From Epiperipatus broadwayi (taxonomy: Eukaryota > Animalia > Onychophora), in contig JAQFVV010000010.1 of assembly GCA_028023455.1 (NCBI GenBank), positions 1,240,001 to 1,304,000 on the forward strand: a stretch of 64,000 nt of DNA. The letters run 5' to 3'. Position 1 is the first letter of the stretch; every line of letters starts with the position of its first letter. Position numbers and translations under genes: made by a program. The notes under the pieces were generated by a model. That model did not search any database, was not told the origin of the DNA, and was given only the letters and a program-made list of their open reading frames with translations. This document shows, in pieces, positions 38,489 to 50,799 of the stretch.

Positions 38489-39720
38489 CACCTGGGTCTC
38501 GTTTTATGCGGTAGATAGGTTTCTCAGAAAATGCGCACAAAAGAAACCGCACAAAAATAGACTTAACTTACCTTGAAAAATGGGGGATACATATTGTAAT
38601 TTTCCAAAAATCGCATAAAAGCAAAGCAACAATGTAAAATTACTTTAAAATTTGTATAAAAAAAAATAAAATAAAATATGACTAATAAAAAATTTCAAAT
38701 TTGGAAAAAATTAATACAAGACAAACTTTTTTTACTTTTATTATTAATTACAGTATTTAATTTTATTCAAAATAATATATTTTTATGCGTAATTTACATT
38801 TTTTTCATACATGTATATTTTAATCATCGCTATTTGAGATATCAGATTTGTCATGATGTGATGTGATGTACTGCAGCTTCTTAAACGAAGTCAAGAGAAA
38901 ATACAACTAAAACATTTTCCAATTGCTTTTGATCTTTCCCATTTCGCTAAACGATCTAAAATTGAAATTTTCGTTTCCAAAAAAAAAGTTTAAAACAAAA
39001 ATAAGAACTTAGACTTACGATGGGCACTAATTTAATTAAAACTAACAATTAAATTCTTATTTTTGTCTTTAATTTTTTAATTTTCAATTTTGTTTAAAAA
39101 TCAAATTTCATCGTTTTACATCACCTTAATTTCAGATCACGTTACGTAATTTTTAAATTGTTAATTACAATTAAAAATCATATTTTAATTGTCAAATTTA
39201 ATTGTGCCCACCACTGTTACTCACCTTTTAAATATAAACTTGCGGATACTAAATGATTAATTGATTAGGTACTCTTTTTATAAAAAGCAAAAATAGAATG
39301 TGATTTAAAATGCAAAAACAACAATGTACATAGTATTTTTCATCTGTAATGTTTGAACAGATTTACATTATAGTCTTGTAAAATTTAATGTGTGTATATA
39401 AAATGGGGAAATTCTGATTTTAAGTGAATTATAAACTTCTTTATTGCATAAAATCTATTGCAGTACTTTTATAAAGTGCTGAAAATATTGAAATTATTAG
39501 ATGGAAGTTGAACTCCGATAATTTGCTATTACTTTAAAAGTGATGTGAGTGCTCGAAATTTATAGTATTTTAAGTAATAGCACATTATTGGAGCTCACTT
39601 CTGATCTAATAATTTTTATCGCATAAAAGAAAACCGCGTACAAAGATATTAAGAAGAAACATGAATCACATAATTTTCAAAATCGCATTAAATAAATTCG
39701 CATAAAACGAGACCCAGGTG
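38489..39720 (-). mobile_element. pogo/Tigger-like non-autonomous element, copy 2 (1232 bp, opposite orientation)
   Basis: Same TIRs as 7794-8844, TA at 38487-38488 and 39721-39722. Shares ~400 bp at one end and ~70 bp at the other with copy 1; the interior differs. Confidence 0.9.
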
Positions 39721-40269
39721 TATTTCTAATGTTATCTTTCTATCATGTCATGTTTAGTGATTAAAACAATCTTTTAAATTCTTCTCCAAATCTTTTTTGT
39801 TCTCATATCCAAAGACTAATTCATTCTTCCTTTTTTTACTTTACTAAAATATCTACACCAGAAACACTCTCACACACTCAAACTTTTATAAATATAACAG
39901 AAAAAAAAAGATTTCTATTTATATAAACTGTATCAGATGCTAATACCCAATAATCATTGCCTGATAAAAAGTATCTTTTGCTGTCTTATAAGATAAAAGA
40001 TTAATTCATCAAATGCTTGGTATTGCTTCTGATATAGACTTTTCAGTATTTCAGTATTTCCAGTATACCAAGGTGGAATTTGAAATATACAGTTTCAGGG
40101 GCCCTACAAAGATTTATTTAGGTTTTTTTTTTTTATTATTTTATTTTAATGAATATGTGTAGAAGAAATTAATAAATTGTTTATAAATTCCATCCAGAAA
40201 GTTTATTTCAATTTTTTATTATTTAAACGCGACACAAATCATTTTCCTAGTTTCTTTACAGACAGCGTC

Positions 40270-40380
40270 TTTCTTTTTTTTCCATATGTCATAGCGTCAG
40301 CCAGGAGGGCAAACCCACAACCATCTGCAAACAACTATTTGCTTACAAGGCGGCTGCGATGACCTCTCGGCTAACAACGC
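40270..40380 (-). mobile_element. tRNA-derived SINE, copy 2 (same family as 19549-19656)
   Basis: gtcatagcgtcagccagga..aaacccacaacc...caaggcggctgcgatgacctctcggctaacaacgc aligns with 19567-19656. A-rich tail on the minus strand. Confidence 0.75.
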
Positions 40381-43364
40381 TTGACTGGCATCTTTCTTTT
40401 TGTCACTATTAAAACAAAAAACACCTTGGAACCACGTGACAATACCTAGCTGGATTTATATGGCATAGATTACACAAGGACTAAGATTCATTAGTGGACT
40501 TTTTACACACCCTTAGGGATTTTAGGCCATCGATATGAAGAATTTTCAATTAATCTTTTATATAAGTAATGAATTAGAGATTTTGTTTATCTATTTTTTT
40601 TTTACTTGTTACATTTTTATATTAATAAATACAGTTAATGGAAAAAAAAATATTAAGAAATGAAATGGAATTATAAAATTTTTTGGCACAAGATTTGTCT
40701 TTCTTAAAAATGATACTAATAAAAAAAACAGTAGAAATATTTAATCCCATCACTTTTCAGCTATTTGATTTTAAATATTTTTTGTAGGGTACAAAAGTGT
40801 GTCATTCAAACAAAAATTGCTTCCTATCTTGGTATATCAGTAAATACAGAAGTACTGACTCTTCTGTCTCCCTTATTTCCTGCCATAATTCATCTCTCAG
40901 AATAGTGGGATTATGTGTTTGCATGCAAGTGCTTGCATAACATTTTGGGCCATAATTCCCATTCTTTTTTTATATCAAGTCCTTAGAAATTAAGAAAATA
41001 GTGATAACGATAAGTTTAGTAAAATGACAGTCCTTAGTTGTGACTTTGTATATACAGTATATAATTTATAAGATCTCATCATTCAGAAACATCCATCTGT
41101 ATCTATATACCATACATCCATTGGTAAATAAATAGTTATAGTACTTTCTTTGTTTGTTATAATAATTATAATTTTTTTACCTTTTTAAAGTTGTACCTTC
41201 GGGCATTACATTCTTATTCGAGTATTTGGATCAGTCTATTTGTAAATTATAGTGCAGTCATGCTTGAAATGACAACAACAACAAAAAAAACTGAATAGAT
41301 TCTGATCTTTATTTTAACAAAACTTGTAGTTAATTGTTAAAACTATAGGAGAAAAAAAAATTTTTAGAATGTCAAAATGCTTTTATAATAAAAGTTATAT
41401 ATTTGAGAGTAAAATCTCAATAAATTTTTGATTCGGGTTTTTTTAATACAAAAACTGATATAGTTTTAATCTATTGCTAAATATATATTTTTGCTAAAAT
41501 ATATATATTTTAAGCATTTACCAAAATCTATTATATTTGCTATTAGAATTATTATAAAAAGTGTGCAGAGTGGCACCTGTTCTTATGAAAATACTAGGAT
41601 TAGAATAATGCAGAAGAATTGGCAGCTGTTGACATTACAATTTTTGTTAAATTTTGTTAGAATATTATTATATTTAAGATGGTGGCGAACAATAACCAAT
41701 GATAACCCTGCATTATTATATCTGATTGTATACGTAGTTAACTCATAAAGAATAAACATACATACAATACACGAATATAGTTTACAGATAAATTATTTGC
41801 AATAAAATTTAAATTGAGTATTTAATCACATATAATTTATATATAAAATAATATTTTAAAAAAGCAGATGAAATAAATTATTTAATTGTTTTATTTATGT
41901 ATATTATAAATTATCCTCTAATTTTGAAAGTGTGGAATAACGATTGAATAAATATTTTCTGTTTACGTGAAATAACATATATTTATTTATCTTTGTTGGA
42001 TGCTTTACTCAAGTTACCATCGAGCTCCGCCAGCGGCGGATAGTGAAATGGCTTTTAGATATGGAAGCCAATTGTAAATATCAAAGAAATAGTGTATGAT
42101 CAAGAGTCCTGCTGCCTTGTAAAGTAGGATGTTGGTTCATCGAAGGCTAGCTAATATATCCAATACAAACAGTATTTTCTGTCTCCCTACTGTTCTTTTT
42201 AAGTCTCTTAATTTATTATAGGGCTCAGTCATTGTGAGTCTCTCATGCCATCAAATATTTATAATAACTGTGAGATAGGATTGTGTATTTGTATAATAAT
42301 ATTTCATTCTTTAACTACATGCACAGCATTTCTGAATCCAAATCCAATGCTCTCTTTTTGCTTTAGTTCAAGACTTTGAGAATTAAGAAAGCAACAATGG
42401 TGACAAGCTTAGTAGACTGACAGTTCTTAGTCAAACTTTGCTTAAGATAATACAATCATTAAGGAGCAGTTTGAAACTAGATTTAAGTGAGGAGTTTCAG
42501 CTGGCAAAGACTATATTTAGGCAGCCCTATTCGGAGATCCTCCTGTCTTCAGAAGGACTTAGAAATAGCCTTACTCATACAATCTGGCTAGGTTGTTACA
42601 TCTTGTAGATCACTAATTTTAGTGGTAGAAATAATAATATCAGTAATAATAGTTAAGCAAAAAGTAGTGGTAGTTCCAAAGATAAATACTTAAATTTACA
42701 AACTCTTCAAAATCAGAATGGAGAACCGCATTTATGTCTGAGGAATTTAAGATTGGCATGGCTGCTCTTAAACATATGGATGGATTCAATTTTTTTTTTT
42801 TTGGAAGAGCAGATCAGTTAGTGAAAGAATGCATGATATTGGATTTGGTATTATTATTGTTATCATTGGAATTTCTCATTGTATCAATGAAAGGTTAATG
42901 AGCTTAAAACTTGTTTTGCATAATGATACTATTGTTTAGTTTATTAGTGTCTATGCTTCAACCTTAGATTCAGAGAATTCAAAGAAGGAAAGCTTTTATT
43001 CCTAGTTGGACAGCATTATTACAGCAACATGATTAAAAGATTGAATTTTTCTTCTTGGACACTTTAATGCATATATTGGTTCAAATATTTAAACTTTGGC
43101 CAAACATTACTGGAAATAATGATATTGTGACTGTTTGTTATTACTGAATTTATGCACAACACATGGCTTGGCTATTACAAATATTTTGTTTACACAGAAA
43201 AACTGCTACAAAGGAACATGGATACATCCATACTCAAAAAAAGGACATTTAATAGACTATTGTTAGGAATCAGAATACAAGAGTTCATATTGGAGGGACA
43301 CTTACAAGGTCAGATTTTTGGACAGATCATAGATTAGTTGTATTAAAAATTAATTATTATTACA

Positions 43365-44141
43365 ACCATATTCACAAGAAAATTGATGTTCATTCTTCAG
43401 AAAAATACTGAGATAAATCCCTTTCAAACTCTGACTACTACAAAATATATCCATTGGTTGCCATTGTTTCTAGGATCTTTACCAGTATAAAACTTCACAA
43501 GAAAAATGCCCATTCATGCTGTTAATTGACTTGGTGGCCCAAATTTTTATAATGCAATGAAAATCATTGCATCCTGGCTTATAATTAACCTGGGCTTTGG
43601 ATCATATACTATAAAATCTATGTATAAATTTGTTGAAAAAATTTGAAATCTCAAAATAAATAATAGCCACAAAATTCCCTCTTTAGATATCAAGAAATTA
43701 CATGACTCTAACTCTCATAATGAGTCAATTAAAGTTATAGATGAATTGTTGCAGCAAGCTAATTATAACATCCAGAAAAAAGAATTTATCATAGAAACAC
43801 TAAATTGGATTAGTGAAGAGATAGTTGCAACAATAAATAATAAAATGTATAAAATGAACCACACATAGCCCATGAGGCTATCATTTAATGGACTGGTCTG
43901 CAGCTTGTATTTATCTAACATTGAAAAACTAATTTCCAAAATTCAAAGGTCTACCTAATACCATTTTATATTCAAAATATGTGGATGATATGCTACTATG
44001 TGTGAATGAAGGAATAGTCAATTTCATCTAGAGTTAGCTTTGATGTCTTCTTTAGTCTAGATTATCAAAAAAGAAGTCAAATATCAAAATATCATTTTTT
44101 TAAAAACTTAAACATCCAAAAACAAGACAATAAGAAAAAGT
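43365..44141 (+). pseudogene. Penelope-like element reverse-transcriptase remnant
   Basis: Ordered PLE RT motifs YPLVAIVSR (43448), SLDIKKLHDSNSHNESIK (43680), INNKMYKMNHT*PMRLS (~43833) and KYVDDML (43975). Flanked by a 12-bp low-complexity direct repeat attattattaca (43353-43364, 44142-44153). Confidence 0.65.
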
Positions 44142-44349
44142 ATTATTATTACAGGTTGAAAATCTGAGACATTTGAAATAAAAACTGGTGTTAAATAAGG
44201 ATATATGTTCTTGTTCTAACACTGTTTTCAATTTTTATGACAGTGGTCTTTGGAATTGATTGTATTTGGTTTAAATCAGACAAGGATCAAAATACAATAT
44301 AGATTTGATGATGGAATTTTTACTTTGAATCAGTTAAAAGCAAAAACAA

Positions 44350-44812
44350 GAACTTTGACCACATAATTAAAACATGCATGGGTCTAGGTAATATTAAAAC
44401 AATAATATTTAACAATTCAAAGATAGACTACTACAAAATACTTAATATAAAAGAATGCATTTGTGGAAGAGATATTCCTACAATCAGGCTGTCAATTTTC
44501 ATCACCTATGCCATTTGGATTGCAAGGTGCAAGGCACAATACCAACATCCCAAGCCAGATGAAAACTCATTATTTATTCAGAGCATAGAGAAAATTAAAC
44601 AAAGAGACAAAACTCTTGCCACAACATTCATTTTTCAAAAGACATGGAAGCTATATCAGACTCTCTAATAAAGTTAACAAAGAACTTAACCACTAAATAC
44701 CTAACCCTGTTTAACTCAATAATGTTAGTTCCATAACTCATCTAATATTACAATTGTTCATTATCCATATTTGTAATATATCATCCATATTAATTAGTTT
44801 AATAAATGTTTT
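44350..44812 (+). mobile_element. Tx1/L1-clade LINE 3' fragment
   Basis: ORF 44378-44668 ...FITYAIWIARCK...IEKIKQRDK matches the C-terminal IEKIKQRD of the 1-2016 copy. 3' UTR with AATAAA at ~44801. Confidence 0.65.
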
Positions 44813-47800
44813 GAGAACTTTGTTGTTGTTTTTTTTTTGGATTCTGGATTTGCAATATGCCAATGTTTGTGCTATTTTTGCCAGTTCAAAAGAGGATTTA
44901 CAGAATATTCTTAATGTTTTGAACTTATAAAGATCTCAGTTTACTAATTAAAGTTCAAAAAAATTCAAGTTCTTTATCAACCAGTAATGGAAGAAAAATT
45001 GTCACCAACTTTCATTTTGGATGGTTGTCAACTTGAAAATGTAAAACAGTTTAAATATTTTGCTGATTTTATACGTAGAAAGATGGATTTAGATGTTGAG
45101 GTCTAACACAGATTCCAAGCTGCTGCTGCCACTTTTAATAAGTTAAAAGGTACAGTATTTCATCATAGGGCAATAATAAGTTAGCTGTATGTAAAATTTG
45201 AATATCCTATCAGCATAATATAAAATCATTAGAAAAATTTCATTTACAGATGCATTGAATAATGTGATATTGTTTAATTATATTAGTAAAAATAAATTTG
45301 ATTGGACTGTACAGTGATCATTAATTTATAAAAGACTTCTTCAACTTGATTGCAAAACTAATATGTTGATGTGTTCAATATTGACATTCATTATAATAAA
45401 GAGATTGTTGTATCACACTTTACAAATAATTGTTAAAATGCATATTATATAACTGTATTTTTGTTTTTATATTCAAGCACAGATGCTTTTCTAACCAACT
45501 CTAAATACTCAGCCACTTTATTCTCCAAATAAAAGCAGTCAACTATTCATTTATAGCCAAACTGGATAGTCAAACTAGATTGGCTATCTAAAAGAAAATC
45601 ATAACCCTTCCTCATTCCTAATAGATTAAAAAGACAAATGTTGCTAATCACACAACACATTTATATAAAATAATCACACTTTCTTTTAATAGAAAATAAC
45701 ATTTATTTTATAATAATTAATTATTCTTTAAAATCTTCAGTTTTATTATTAACAGAGAGAAGCAGATTTAATTATGATTTACTTATTTTATTTGTAGTAA
45801 ACAAAATATTTGAAATAAAAATAATTAGTATAACATTTTACTTGTTGATCAAATTATATTGGTATTGCTTTTGCAAGATTTTTTTAGCAGAGGACTTAAG
45901 AAATATGTCATATCAATAAAAGTAAAAGAGAGTAAATTAATAGATTAGGTACTTTGGTATTAGAGCTGCGACATAACAGGAGAGATGGGAGACCTTTTCA
46001 CACCTACCGTAAATGTGTAATGTCACAATGACACCAATTGACAAAAACATCTCTGCGAATATATGTGAAAATGTGTTTGTTTTTTTATCAATGCGATCTT
46101 TTTTTTGTAATAGTTCGACATTTTCAGTCTCATAATTTATATATATATTTTTTTATGGTTTTTGTTTCATTTTTTTGTTTTTGTTTTAATTTGTTTATAA
46201 CAAAATATGTTTATTAGCATTTCTGTTGAAAATCCCAACATACTCTGCAATCATGTTCTACATTTTCGGAGGGAAAATTTTTAGTATAGATGTCTATTTT
46301 CTGTGATAATATTAATTGTTTTTGTTTCAAAGTGACAATTCCTGTTATATATTGCACCATATAAGTATACTTAATGTGTTTTTATAAATATTGTTTGTGT
46401 TCTGATCTATCATGTCAGTCACTTGATGGCACTATTTCTAGCTAAATTGCTAGAAATATGCTGTATCCATGCCCACAGCCAAGCAGATAGTTTTCTATGA
46501 TAAAACACAGAAAGTCACTTTACTCAGCTGCCAGCTACTGCTGTGATTTTTTTCTATGCTAAAAGCACAGAAAAATGCCTTCATTGGCTGCCATAGTTGC
46601 TTGTGTTACACACTTTATCATAATGCTGGATTGTATATTTTCACTACAGAATCGTGTGATGGTGTATTGACTACATTGTGCCTAAATAATTTAACTTTTC
46701 AGATCCATTTTTTTTTGTTTCATATGAACTGACCTACTGGTATCTTCTAACACTTTTAACAGTGTCATCACTGTTCCATCAGGACTATGTTAGCATCACA
46801 AATTGGATTTTAGGGTGGGGCACACACTATTTTGAAAATCATGATGAAAGTAACGTCAGAGACAGGGAAGACAGATGCTTCCAATGCAAAATTGCCAGAC
46901 ACTGGAGTTGAATTTCATTATAATAGTTTGTTATAATTATTAATAACTTTATTGGGTAAATTGCAATCAAATTTAGTTCCTCCACCCCCCAAAATGCATT
47001 GTCTGATTAGTTATTGTCCAAAAAAGGATAAAATGTGATTTAATTTTTTCTTAAAAAACTACCATAACTTTTCCAATACGGGAAAAAAAAAAACCCCATC
47101 TCTGATTAATTACTGTCCAAATAAGTCTCCGCTATATTTATTATGACATATCGTAAATTCTAATAAATTTCACCAGCGTCATTCATTCAAGCATGTAAAA
47201 GTAATTTAAAGTGATTATTTAATATCTTCATGCTTTCACTTTCAAACACTTAAGATTCGCCCATATAAAAGCATTTGGGTTCGAAAAGATAGATGGCCAT
47301 TCTATCTTTTCCAAAGATTTTATCATGTGGTTGAAGTGTTAGTATTCATTCATTTTATAGTTAAAATCCAAAGCGCATGTGCAACAGTTTAATGCTGTTT
47401 AAATATTATTTGTTATTAAAAAAGTAATATAATTTTATATATATACACACACACAAAGAGTGCAATATAATTTAATTTTTATTCCCCCAAAATGTGGTGT
47501 CTGATTAATTACTTAGTTGCATGAATGCATAAGGAATGGAGAAAAAAGATATTGCATTCTTTTTTCCCCTTGCTTAAATAGTTTTCTTTGTCTTTTGTTA
47601 TCTGGAGTAGTCTGACTGATCATCTGTATCTGGGTGGAAGATTTTTTTTATCTTATCTATTAGGTTTAATTAAACATTAATTCTTTCTACAATTGTATTG
47701 TTAATCAGTTATTGACAATTGAATTCCTACTAAATCAGATTTTACTTTAATTTTATTCTCATTGTTCAATTAATGTTTTAATTTATCCGTTTTATTATTA

Positions 47801-50799
47801 AACTATTTTTAGACTGTAGTTTTAGCATTGTAAATTAAACCACATATTTTACTAATAATAAATTGATATTCCAGTACTTATATATATATGAAAGCTCTGA
47901 AGAATAGTATTAGACACTCAAATCTGTCAACTATTTTTGGAAGTATGGAATAATAAAGCATTGTATGCACATTGGATAAAGTGCATAGAAGAATGGATTT
48001 TATTCTTTATTTTTATAATAATATTGATTTCTAATAATTGTTAATAGAATAAGAAAAAATGAATTAAAATATATACAAGTCAAATTTTATTAATATTAAT
48101 GTCTTCTTGTTAACCATATTTTGGACTAATAATTGTTAATAGAAAAAGGGAAAATTTTTATTAATGCAAAAGTTCTTCATGTTAACCATATTTTGAGTGA
48201 CGAAAAGAAGAGATACAATATTTGTTTTGATGAAATTGAAATTTGCTTTTATTTGAAGTGCATTTTGTATTAAAAAGTCTTGGTATTAATAAAATGGTAA
48301 ACAAACACTACATTCTTGCTACTTATTCAATATAAATATCAAGTAAGAAACTTTTAGAATCCTATTTAATTAACAAACTTTCAATCTTTAAAATTATAAT
48401 ATTAAAATCATAATGTTAATCAATGTTGGTTAGAATAATATTGTCTATATAAGAGATAATTTATTTTATAATCAATACTAACCTGTTTAATGTGCTAATA
48501 CTAACAGTTGAGTGTATTTGGAATATTTAAATGAAGTTAAATTTTTCTAAAGACATTCAATAATCATATTAGATGATGGAAATAGTCCAATATAAAAATA
48601 CAACTAAAACACAATCATCACAAACCTTCAAGAAAACAATTGATAAATATGTTTCTTCAGATATATGATTCATTCATTATTAGATCAAAAAAGAAAAACA
48701 TTTTGCAATATAACTTTGCAAATAATCAAATATGTAAATATCAAAATATTCAAATACATATCTGAATTTTTTACAGAAAATACCAAAGATCATACATACC
48801 AGAATGATATGATCAATAATCACTGAATAGGAAAATGTCAGTTCAAATTTTTTAGATAAAAATTAGCATAGACTCATAAATATGTATTAATTAAACTAAT
48901 ACCTACACTTAAGAGTAATAATTACACACATATTCACACACACCTATCAACTGGAATTATAAAGGTTGGTTTTCAAATATAATTAATTATTAATATAAAA
49001 TTACATGATGATAAAAAAAGTTTCCTAATGACATTCTAGTCAAGATAATAGTTTAATCAGTTTTCTTGTTTTACTCTTAAACTTTAAATAGTTAGTTATC
49101 CATTTAGTGACCAATAAATAGATGATTATTTCAATTTGCTATAGTCATGATTCCTAAAAAAATTCAATTTTTTGAAAAATTCTTAGATACCTAAAAAAAA
49201 AAAACAATACCAAATAACATAAAACAATTCATAATTTTAAAAATGGAAGTGAATAAGTGTTTATGTTGTTATTAGTGAAAATATTTTTTACATTTTGGAT
49301 CATCATTAATTTATTACAGAATGAATTTAAGTAAAAGCTAAGCCAGTAAATAATTTTTTAGTAATGTAAATATTTTTTAATTCATTTATTTTATTACTGT
49401 GTGATCAAAGTTTGATTTTAATATGTAATGAAAAGGTTTTTTGCTGATATTGTTTTGTCATAATGATAGGCATTTTAGTCTTGAAGTATTTAATAATTTC
49501 TATTATTATTAAAATATTAATTATAAATTAGTTAAGTAAAATGTGATTTAGTTAATATAAATATTTTCTGATTTATTTTGATGCATTTTATATTATGATA
49601 TCAGTGGGTTTTTTCTTTGCAGTAGTACAATTTTGAATTGTTTTTGTTGTAATTATATTTCATATAATAATCCAACATCTTGCTTTTTTTGTTTGTTTTG
49701 TTTTTAATTATTTGCACTTTTAATAACTTCAGTGGCAATCTTTTTCTTTGTTTATATTCATAAAGAAAAGCATTTGAATAAATTAATGATTTTATTATTG
49801 AAATGGTTTGAATAAAAATTAAGTAACCAAATTATATTTTAGTGAATGTATACATTTTTCCAATTTATTTTTAATGCATTTTATTATTGCACATAATTAA
49901 AGTTTATTTTTAATTATATAATGAATAAAACATTTTTCTCCATTTTTTTAATTGGGATTGTTTACAACTGACAACAAACATTTTTGTTTTGTGAAAAATA
50001 AGAATTTTTATTGTTATGAGAATATTAAACAAACATAAACCAATGCATATACATTTCAATATATTTTTAATACACATTATTGATATATATAATGAAACTT
50101 TATTTTTAATTATGTGTTGAATAAAATTTTATATTTTTTTTGCTTAGATTGATAATACTTGCAATGAAAACATTTACCTTAATTAAATAACATTAAGTAA
50201 GTCATATTTTAAATTTACTTTTAATGACTTTTATTACTGTATATTATCAAACAATGCATAATAGGTATACATTACTTTTTTTCTTTGCATGAATCTGATT
50301 TTATCTTATGAGGACAACATTTGATTTTATGATTACAGCATTTTAAAAGGCCAGTATTATTAGAAAATTACACATTTAAACAAATAGTGAATATTTTAAA
50401 CAAATATATGGAAATTTTTAAAGATTTTTAAGGTGAATATTTGCTTATTTGTCAAAGTAATTTATACAAATTTATGATATTGTTGTAGTGAATCACTGTA
50501 TAAAGACTTTGCATATGGAAGTATAACTGTACATTATTTATGGAGTTTTATAATTATGTAAAGAAATTGATACTTAAAAAAAAGAACTAATGATTGTAAA
50601 AACAGTATAATGTAATATTCAATATACATATATCATAAAATACTTTATTTACAGAATTATCTTATGCAATTTTTTATGACAGTTTGGACTATACAATAAT
50701 CTACTTCAGAAATATAAATAATGTATTGCTTATTGTACTTTATCATATTATATTTATGTAACAAACTTTTTTCTGCTATCAAAGAGCTTGCTTATAACA

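Larger units (their letters stand above)
42690..45180 (+). mobile_element. Fragmented RTE-clade LINE hosting nested PLE and Tx1 pieces
   Basis: APE motifs LGHFNAYIG, LLNLCTTHGLAITNILF and TDHRLV (42950-43340). RT motifs FEIKTGVK*G (~44170), QYANVC (~44855) and LENVKQFKYF (~45030). Confidence 0.65.

Noticed and set aside
42026-42040. GC hairpin tccgcc-agc-ggcgga as a Helitron 3' end
   Set aside because: No CTRR at the expected distance on either strand and no matching 5' TC end
42500-42560. Hammerhead on minus strand (CTGAAGA ca GGAG gat CTCC GAAT)
   Set aside because: GAAA box broken, no UH site and no stem I partner
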